Of a stretch of 64,000 bases of DNA, positions 57,208 to 64,000 are shown in pieces. This DNA comes from Roseiarcus sp. Its GTDB lineage: Bacteria > Pseudomonadota > Alphaproteobacteria > Rhizobiales > Beijerinckiaceae. The position numbers and the translations under genes were made by a program. The stretch's first letter is position 1. Every line of letters begins with the position of its first letter. Under the pieces are notes generated by a model. That model was not told the origin of the DNA and made no database searches. It saw nothing but the letters and a program-made list of their open reading frames with translations. The stretch spans positions 50,447-114,446 of the forward strand of contig DASXGX010000040.1 in NCBI GenBank assembly GCA_036488815.1, in the 5' to 3' direction.

Positions 57208-57984
57208 TCATTTTCCCGCCACGGCGCGGGCGCCGCCGACCATCAGCGCCGCCCCCGAGCCGAGCAGCAGGACGAGCACGACGCGCTCGAAGGCCTTCTC
57301 ACTGATCCGGTGATAGAAATGGGCCCCGATGAAAGATGGGATCAACATCGCCGGCGCGACGAGCGCAAAAAGCCGGAACGCCGTCGCATCGAGCGTTCCG
57401 GTGCGGGCATAGGCGGTCAGGGTCAGGACGTGCATGCAGATGTTGTAGATTTGCATCGTCGCCCGCCTTGCGTCGCGCTTCCATCCCCGCAATTGCGTCC
57501 ACATTGCCGGGACCGTCCCGGACATGCCGCCCAGGCCGCCGAGCACACCGCCGATCAGGCCAGCAAACGCGTCGACCCCGCCGGCGCCGGCTTTCACCCG
57601 CGGCGGATCGCGCGCCAGCAGCCCGAACAGGCTGTACAGCGTCATCAGCGAGCCGATCGCGAGCCTGAAGCGGGCCGGGTCGACATTGTGCAGGATGAAC
57701 ACCCCGACCGGAACGCCGAGTGCGCCGCCAACGATGAGGGGCGTGATGCGCTTGAAGTCGAAGCCGCGCCGCACCGAGGCGAGGCTCGCGACCTGCCCGA
57801 GCAACGCCCCGAACACCGCGAGGGGGGCCGCGATCTGCGGCGGCAGCGTCCAGGCCCAAAAGCCCATCGCGACAAGCGAAAAGGCGAAACCCGACAACCC
57901 CTGGACGAAGCCCGCCAGGGCCGCGCCGAGCGCGACGGCGCCGAGCATCAGCCAGGAATCCGGCAACGCCCCCAGGCCACTCAC
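57208..57984 (-). CDS. TauE/SafE-family exporter
   Basis: AGFVQGLSGFAF, GGVLGGLGGMSG; about 8 TM segments. Confidence 0.85.
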   Translation of the reverse strand: MSGLGALPDSWLMLGAVALGAALAGFVQGLSGFAFSLVAMGFWAWTLPPQIAAPLAVFGALLGQVASLASVRRGFDFKRITPLIVGGALGVPVGVFILHNVDPARFRLAIGSLMTLYSLFGLLARDPPRVKAGAGGVDAFAGLIGGVLGGLGGMSGTVPAMWTQLRGWKRDARRATMQIYNICMHVLTLTAYARTGTLDATAFRLFALVAPAMLIPSFIGAHFYHRISEKAFERVVLVLLLGSGAALMVGGARAVAGK

Positions 57985-59663
57985 CCCTCGGAACGCCGCT
58001 TGAGCGCCGCGTCACGGATCGCGCTCAGGGTCGTCGCCGGCGTGATCGCCTCCGGATCCACCTTCACGTGCAGGATCGCAGGCTTGCCAGACGCGGTGGC
58101 CCGCTCGAAAGCGGGCAGAAAATCGGCGGTCGCTTCGACCGTCTCGCCATGGCCCCCGAACGCCCGCGCATAGGCGGCGAAATCGGGATTGCGCAATTGC
58201 GTCGCACTGACGCGGCCGGGATACTCGCGCTCCTGATGCATCCGGATGGTGCCGTACATGCCGTTGTCGATCACGACGACGACGATCGGCAGGCCATATT
58301 GAACCGCCGTGGCGAACTCCTGCCCGTTCATCAGGAAATCGCCGTCGCCCGCAAAGGCGATCACGGGCCGGTTCGGAAAGGCGCGCTTGACGGCGACGGC
58401 CGCCGGCACGCCAAAGCCCATCGAGCCCGAGGTCGGGCCGATCTGCTGGTTGAAGCGGCGGAAGCGCAGGAAGCGGCCCGGCCAGATTGCGAAATTGCCG
58501 GCGCCGTTCGTGTAGAATGCGTCCGGCGCGACCTCCCGCAGCGTCAGCATGATCTCGCCGAGCTGGACCGGCCCCGGATTTCGCGTCGCGGCGTCGCTCC
58601 AGGCGAGGTAATCGGCGCGAGCGGCCTGGGTCGCCTCGCTCCAGGCGATCGCATTGGGGGGCTGAAGCCCCTCGAGCGCCGCGCAGAAGGCCGGCGGCGT
58701 CGCGACAATGCCGAGCCGGGGATGATAGACGCGACCAATCTCGAGCGGATCGGCGTGCACATGCACCAGCGCCTGACGAGGTTCGGGAACGGCGAACAGC
58801 GTATAGCTCTGCGAGGCCATCTCCGACATGCGCCCGCCGACCAGCAGCACCAGATCCGCCGCTTCGATCCGCGCCTTGAGCTTGGGGTTGGGCCCGATCC
58901 CGATCTCCCCCGCGAAGTTCGGATGTCCGCCGTCGACGAGGCTGGCGCGACGGAAGGAGCCGACCACTGGCAGGTCGAAACGCTCGGCGAAACGCAGGAA
59001 GGCGGCCCCGGCGCGCTCGGTCCAGCCGCCGCCGCCAAGAATCGCGATCGGCGCCTTGGCGGCCCACAGCATCTTCTGCAATTCGGCCATCTGAGTCAGG
59101 CCCGGCCAGATCGCGGCGGCCTCGGCCCGCGGCGCGTCGGCCGTCCTGACAGCCTCGGTCAACACGTCCTCCGGCAGCGCAATGACGACCGGCCCGGGCC
59201 GCCCCTGCATCGCCACGTGAAAGGCGCGTTGGACGATCTCAGGGATCCGCGCAGGGTCCTCGACCTCGGTCGCCCATTTGGCGGTCGAGCCGAAAAACGC
59301 GCGATAGTCCATCTCCTGGAAAGCGCCGCGGCCCAGCATGCCGCGCTCGACCTGCCCGATAAACAGGATCATCGGCGCCGAATCGTGCTCGGCGATGTGG
59401 ACGCCATGCGCGGCGTTGGTCGCGCCCGGGCCGCGCGTCACGAAGCAAATTCCCGGCCGCCCGGTCAACCGCCCGTCGGTGAGCGCCATGATCGCAGCGC
59501 CGGCTTCCTGGCGGCAAACCGTCACGTCTATGGCTGCGTCGTGCAGGGCGTCGAGGGCGGCGAGGTAGGATTCGCCTGGCACGCAATAGACGCGCTCGAC
59601 GCCCTGCGCCACGAGTTGGTCGACAAGAATCTGTCCGCCGGTTCGCCCAGCCGCTTCAGCCAC
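57981..59663 (-). CDS. Thiamine-diphosphate-dependent enzyme, acetolactate synthase-like
   Basis: CVPGESYL, TRGPGATN, GSMGFG, GDGDFLMNGQE...NG ThDP motif. Confidence 0.9.
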   Translation of the reverse strand: MAEAAGRTGGQILVDQLVAQGVERVYCVPGESYLAALDALHDAAIDVTVCRQEAGAAIMALTDGRLTGRPGICFVTRGPGATNAAHGVHIAEHDSAPMILFIGQVERGMLGRGAFQEMDYRAFFGSTAKWATEVEDPARIPEIVQRAFHVAMQGRPGPVVIALPEDVLTEAVRTADAPRAEAAAIWPGLTQMAELQKMLWAAKAPIAILGGGGWTERAGAAFLRFAERFDLPVVGSFRRASLVDGGHPNFAGEIGIGPNPKLKARIEAADLVLLVGGRMSEMASQSYTLFAVPEPRQALVHVHADPLEIGRVYHPRLGIVATPPAFCAALEGLQPPNAIAWSEATQAARADYLAWSDAATRNPGPVQLGEIMLTLREVAPDAFYTNGAGNFAIWPGRFLRFRRFNQQIGPTSGSMGFGVPAAVAVKRAFPNRPVIAFAGDGDFLMNGQEFATAVQYGLPIVVVVIDNGMYGTIRMHQEREYPGRVSATQLRNPDFAAYARAFGGHGETVEATADFLPAFERATASGKPAILHVKVDPEAITPATTLSAIRDAALKRRSEG

Positions 59664-59758
59664 GAAACGCTCCTCACCCCGAGGGAATTGTGCGCCTGTT
59701 TCGCAGGAAGGGCGCCGAACCGCAAGCCGCGCCGGGAAGAGACGCCAATGGCCCCAGT

Positions 59759-60190
59759 CTAGGGGGCGGCCGCCTTCTCATGCTCGGCGAGGCCCACCGC
59801 CTTGTAGTCGTAGGTCGGATAAAATTCGGTCCGATACACGCCCCAGGCTGTGTCTTCGAGGACGCGATTGACTTCGCGCAGGCGCGAGGCGGGCAAGCGC
59901 AGGGTGACAATCTGGCCGATGCCCATCGCGACCACCCAGCTCACGACCTCGACGCCCGGAGGCGGAAACGCCTTGTAGAACCCCTGCCGCGCGAGTTGCG
60001 CGTTCAGATCACCGAGCGGGCGCGACTCATCGTGTCGGAGAAAGATGGTGAGCAGGACGGCGTTGTCCGCCGTCGCCGTCTCGGAGCCCGCCGGCGGGGC
60101 TGCGACCGTCTGCGCTGCGGCCTCGCCGCAGAGCAACCCCATGATGAGAGCCGCGGCGATCGGCGCGCGGAACTTGAAACCTTTGGTCAT
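59759..60190 (-). CDS. Exported hypothetical protein
   Basis: Signal peptide followed by a compact domain (LTIFLRHD...FPPPGVEVVSW...GIGQIVTL...TEFYPTYDY). Confidence 0.7.
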   Translation of the reverse strand: MTKGFKFRAPIAAALIMGLLCGEAAAQTVAAPPAGSETATADNAVLLTIFLRHDESRPLGDLNAQLARQGFYKAFPPPGVEVVSWVVAMGIGQIVTLRLPASRLREVNRVLEDTAWGVYRTEFYPTYDYKAVGLAEHEKAAAP

Positions 60191-60277
60191 GGCTTCAGCC
60201 TCACAAGCAACGTTGGCGGGGCCGATCTCGCCACCGATACGGCGCGGCGCCAAGCGCGAGTTTTGCACGTCGCCTGA

Positions 60278-62578
60278 TCAGGCGACATGCAGTGCGCTCC
60301 GCCCCTCGAGAAGCTTCTCGACTGCGGCGCTCGGGATCGGCTTGCTGAACAGATACCCCTGCCCCTCCGCGATCGGCCCCAGCCGCTTCATCCGTTCGAG
60401 CTGCTCGGTCGTCTCGACGCCTTCGACGGTGACGACCATGCCGAGCTGGCGCGAAAGCCGTGCGACGTTCTCGATCAGGATCGCAGCCTTCTCCTCTTTG
60501 TCGGAAAGGGCCGTGAAGGACTGGTCGATCTTCACCTTGTCGAGCGGGAAGCGCATCAGGTGGCTGAGGCTGGAATAGCCCGTTCCGAAGTCGTCGAGCG
60601 CGATCCTCACGCCGAGCGCATGGATTCGCTGCAACGTGTTTTGCGCCGCCTGGCTGTCTCGCAGCAGCGCGGTTTCCGTGATCTCGAGTTCCAGCCGATT
60701 GGCCTGAAGCCCGGCCGCATCGAGGGCGCGCCGCACCGCGTCGTAGAGAAAATCCGCCTCCAATTGCTTGGCCGAAACGTTCACCGACACACGAACGTGA
60801 GGCGGCCATCGCACCGCGTCGGCGCAGGCGCGCTGAAGCGACCAAGCGCCGAACGCGTGAATCAAGTTGAGCTCTTCGAGCGCGGGAACGAAGGCGGCGG
60901 GAGAAATCGGTCCGCGGGTCGGATGGATCCAGCGCGCCAGCGCCTCGCAGCAGACGACGGCGCGCGTCTCCAGATCGACGATGGGCTGGTAGACAAGCGT
61001 GAACGCCTGCTCCGCCAGCGCGACGTGCAAGTCCAGCTCCAGCAGGCGCCGCTCTTGCGCGTCCCTGCTCATCGCATCCTCGTAGACGCGGTAGCGACCG
61101 CGGCCCTCTCGCTTGGCGGTGTAGAGCGCCATATCCGCCTGCTGCAGAATGACGTCGGCGCACGGTTCGCCGCCGATCGCGACGGCGATCCCGATGCTCG
61201 CCCCGAGCACGATCTCGGCCCCCTCGATCGAACTCGGGCGGGACAATTCGGCGATGATCTTCGCCGCGTAGGCTTCGATAGGCGTCGACCCCGCAAGCTT
61301 CGTGCGCAGGATCACGAATTCATCGCCTCCCCAGCGCGCGATGAAATCGTCCTTGCCCGCCAGTGCACAAAGCCGGTCCCCCGCAATCACGAGCGCCTTG
61401 TCGCCGACTTTGTGTCCGAGCGTGTCGTTGACCTGCTTGAAGCGGTCGAGATCGATGAACAACACTTCTGTGCGTCCGCCGCCCACGCGCGACGCCGCGA
61501 GCGTCTCCGCCAAGGCGACCTCGAAGGCCCTGCGATTGCGTAGATTGGTCACAGAATCGAAGCGAGCCATGTGGTCAATGGCTCGTTCGGCCTCGCGCTT
61601 CTCGGTGACGTCCTGAACGACGATCACGCAAGAGCCGTTGGAATGGCGCCTAAGCGTGACGTCGTAGAGGCGCCCGCCGGCCATCTCGATCTGCACGTCG
61701 CATTGGCTGGCCTCGGCGTTGGCCGTCATAATTAAGTCGAGGAGCCTATCGGCGTGCTCGTGGGAAATCGCCCCGCGCTCGATCGCCTCCGACAGCAAGG
61801 ACGTGAAGTCGACATGGGTGACCGCGGCGTCGGCAGGCATCCCGAAAAACTCGGCAAACTTCGCGTTCGAGACGAGAATGAGCCTGCCGGTCGAAATCAT
61901 GCACATGCCGTGCGACATGTTGTTGATGGCGAAGTCGAACTGCGCCGCGATGCTCTCGGAACGGCGACGATAGGACATCTCGCTGAGAAGCGTGCTGCGC
62001 AATCGCGTCGCCGACGACTGAACGAACATCGAGAGGGGCGCGACCAGCATCGGGATCAGCAGGAGGAAAAAGCCCCCGCGAACTAGAAAAGCGCTCGCGA
62101 GCGGCACGGCAACTGCCGCGACTTGCCAGCCGACGCCCTTTTCGACCGCGAAATTTCGCAGCGCTATGGCCGCGGTATTGGCGATTGCGACGGTCAGACC
62201 AAGGACAAGAACGAAAGTGTCGGAGGACCACACGATCGCAATAAAAGCGAGGGCGCCGATCCCGAAAAGGTAGGCGCACACGCCCAGAATGTATTCTCTT
62301 TCTATCCGCCGAATATCGGCGCCACTCCCCCTCAATCGCGATCGCGCTCTGTTTTGCCTGAAGAGGGCGAACCTCATCGCTGTCACGACGATGAGTCCGA
62401 CCGTTGCGACGTCCGCCGCCCATTGGCCGGTAAGAACAGCGATGACCAACCCGCTGAGCACCGTTACGAACGAGCCGAGCATCATCGATTGCTCGTCGGC
62501 GAACAGGGACTCGACCAACCCGCACCGTACATCGTCGGGCAGGTCGCCTTTTTCGCAACGCAAAGTCTGCTCAGACAT
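60278..62578 (-). CDS. Multi-TM PAS-GGDEF-EAL c-di-GMP signalling protein
   Basis: About 6 N-terminal TM segments, PAS (AINNMSHGMCM), DLDRFKQVND, GGDEF, EAL, DDFGTGYSSL, EGVET, GQGYLF. Confidence 0.92.
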   Translation of the reverse strand: MSEQTLRCEKGDLPDDVRCGLVESLFADEQSMMLGSFVTVLSGLVIAVLTGQWAADVATVGLIVVTAMRFALFRQNRARSRLRGSGADIRRIEREYILGVCAYLFGIGALAFIAIVWSSDTFVLVLGLTVAIANTAAIALRNFAVEKGVGWQVAAVAVPLASAFLVRGGFFLLLIPMLVAPLSMFVQSSATRLRSTLLSEMSYRRRSESIAAQFDFAINNMSHGMCMISTGRLILVSNAKFAEFFGMPADAAVTHVDFTSLLSEAIERGAISHEHADRLLDLIMTANAEASQCDVQIEMAGGRLYDVTLRRHSNGSCVIVVQDVTEKREAERAIDHMARFDSVTNLRNRRAFEVALAETLAASRVGGGRTEVLFIDLDRFKQVNDTLGHKVGDKALVIAGDRLCALAGKDDFIARWGGDEFVILRTKLAGSTPIEAYAAKIIAELSRPSSIEGAEIVLGASIGIAVAIGGEPCADVILQQADMALYTAKREGRGRYRVYEDAMSRDAQERRLLELDLHVALAEQAFTLVYQPIVDLETRAVVCCEALARWIHPTRGPISPAAFVPALEELNLIHAFGAWSLQRACADAVRWPPHVRVSVNVSAKQLEADFLYDAVRRALDAAGLQANRLELEITETALLRDSQAAQNTLQRIHALGVRIALDDFGTGYSSLSHLMRFPLDKVKIDQSFTALSDKEEKAAILIENVARLSRQLGMVVTVEGVETTEQLERMKRLGPIAEGQGYLFSKPIPSAAVEKLLEGRSALHVA

Positions 62579-62641
62579 CGACCGCTCGCAGCTAAACTGC
62601 TGAGGAGCCAAACACAGATCGATTAACAGAATGCTCGCGGA

Positions 62642-63367
62642 CTAGGCGTCGGTGAGTGCGCTCTCCGCCGCATCTCCGATGGCTTGCCTGACTCCTCTCA
62701 AGATATTTGAGGATCTCTCGAAAAGCTCCGCGCGTTCCGATTCGCTCGATCGATAATATGGATAGCGCCTGTGGAGCGCCTCCCGCTGGTTCCGGCATTC
62801 GTAGCGCAGGAAAGCCATCGGTTTGTTCAAGTTAGGGTATTCGCGCGCCTCAGCCCAGGGGATGCAGCGATACATGCGGCGATAGAAAGCTTGATGCTCC
62901 ACGCGGCACGCCACCGTGATCAATTCAGCTCTGAAGTGCTCCTCAGCAAGAAAGATGGGACGTAGAATTATGTACGGCATCTCCGGATGACGTTGCGAAT
63001 ACTCGAGTTTGCTCACAAATCTCGTGCCGTCGATAAGCGTGCGGCCGGCGCCGAGAAGCGGCGTCAGGAGGTCGGGATACACCTCCGTCGCAGGCAATGG
63101 AGCGCTCAAGCTCGCAGAAACGTGCAACCGCAGCGAGCCGGCAAGGTCGCCGTCGATGAACAATCCAACTAGCCAGACGTTCGGTGTCTCGTCCATAGGA
63201 TCATGAAAGAGGCCCGACGGCTTGGGGGCGATGGTGCCGGCGCGGGTATAGGCCTCGTGCCGCATGGCGAAGATCGCCGCCTTCTCTTCCGGCGTTTCCG
63301 CGCGCCGATATTCCACACGCTCAAGCAGGGAGAAAACCCGATCGTGCAATTGGCGAGATCTTTCCAA
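62642..63367 (-). CDS. FeeM-like N-acyl amino acid synthase / LuxI-fold GNAT acyltransferase
   Basis: RVEYRRAET.EEKAAIFAMRHEAY, HDPMDE, AGSLRLH, LPATEVYPD, IDGTRF, HQAFYRR. Confidence 0.7.
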   Translation of the reverse strand: MERSRQLHDRVFSLLERVEYRRAETPEEKAAIFAMRHEAYTRAGTIAPKPSGLFHDPMDETPNVWLVGLFIDGDLAGSLRLHVSASLSAPLPATEVYPDLLTPLLGAGRTLIDGTRFVSKLEYSQRHPEMPYIILRPIFLAEEHFRAELITVACRVEHQAFYRRMYRCIPWAEAREYPNLNKPMAFLRYECRNQREALHRRYPYYRSSESERAELFERSSNILRGVRQAIGDAAESALTDA

Positions 63368-63382
63368 TTTGAAATTTCCTAG

Positions 63383-63397
63383 TTAGCAATGCGTTAA
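63383..63397 (-). promoter_or_regulatory. Possible CtrA box
   Basis: Minus strand reads TTAA-CGCATTG-CTAA(C), one mismatch from TTAA-N7-TTAAC. Confidence 0.45.
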
Positions 63398-63519
63398 TGA
63401 TTGATTACAAATCGTTGCGATTGCAAGGGGCGCCATATGGGGGGTCCACAGCCGGCGCGCCCGACCTGTTGACGGCGCAACCCCTTGCGAGTCACGGCCC
63501 CGCCCGGCATTGTCGGACG

Positions 63520-64000
63520 ATGACGCCCACCCCCGCCAAGCCTGGCGCCGAGACCGGCGCCCTCGCCAATCTCGACGCGCGCGCCCGTGAAATCTTCCGC
63601 CGTATCGTCGATTCCTACCTTGCGAGCGGCGAGCCCGTCGGCTCGCGCCATCTCTCGCGCCTTCTGCCGATGTCGCTTTCGCCGGCCTCGGTGCGCAACG
63701 TGATGCAGGATCTCGAGGAACTCGGCCTCATCTACGCCCCGCACACCAGCGCGGGGCGCTTGCCGACCCAACTCGGCCTGCGGTTCTACGTCGACGCGCT
63801 GCTGGAATTCGGCGGTCTTGCGTCCGAGGAGCGCTCACGAATCGAGAACGAGGCGCGGGTTGCGGCCGAGGAAGGCGGCTATGAGGGCGCGCTGACGCAG
63901 ACGACGGCGCTCCTGTCCAACCTCACGCGCGGCGCCGGCGTCGTGCTGACCAGCAAGAACAACGCCCACATCAAGCACGTCGAATTTGTCCGTCTCGAAC
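63520..64000 (+). CDS. hrcA: Heat-inducible transcription repressor HrcA (3' truncated by window edge)
   Basis: Translated by hand: [43 protein letters not shown]...[30 protein letters not shown]. Not in the ORF track because there is no stop codon in the window. Confidence 0.95.
   Translation, partial: MTPTPAKPGAETGALANLDARAREIFRRIVDSYLASGEPVGSRHLSRLLPMSLSPASVRNVMQDLEELGLIYAPHTSAGRLPTQLGLRFYVDALLEFGGLASEERSRIENEARVAAEEGGYEGALTQTTALLSNLTRGAGVVLTSKNNAHIKHVEFVRLE

Noticed and set aside
57981-59663. Annotation as xsc or ilvB
   Set aside because: The N-terminal motifs do not match my recollection of Xsc, and there is no small subunit; left unassigned.
62642-63367. Classical LuxI/LuxR quorum-sensing locus
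   Set aside because: No LuxR gene or lux box nearby, and the sequence pattern fits the FeeM-like branch better.

Overview
A GC-rich chromosomal window from an alphaproteobacterium, most likely Hyphomicrobiales/Rhizobiales, judged from cpdR, DUF2336, an MmgR/suhB-type sRNA and alphaproteobacterial palindromic repeats. It is mostly core genome: tal, argG, a DEAD-box helicase, a Liv-type ABC transporter, ivd, lipB, a hisN-like phosphatase, N-formylglutamate amidohydrolase, cpdR, CIRCE-controlled groES-groEL, ibpA with a ROSE-like leader, ltaE, gltBD, aroC and the 5' part of hrcA (missing from the ORF track). I found no transposase, integrase, phage gene, CRISPR array, tRNA or rRNA. Best leads: (1) a FeeM/LuxI-fold N-acyltransferase directly upstream of a multi-TM PAS-GGDEF-EAL protein, with a CtrA-like box, a candidate lipid-signal synthase plus c-di-GMP receptor pair; (2) an orphan class I aldolase-like gene with a PfkB kinase and a phosphatase next to transaldolase; (3) a PlcP-Agt-like lipid-remodelling pair with a Pho box; (4) several non-coding elements (MmgR-like sRNA, ROSE thermometer, WYL operator, nested palindromic repeats). 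All assignments come from motif recognition by eye; no searches were run.
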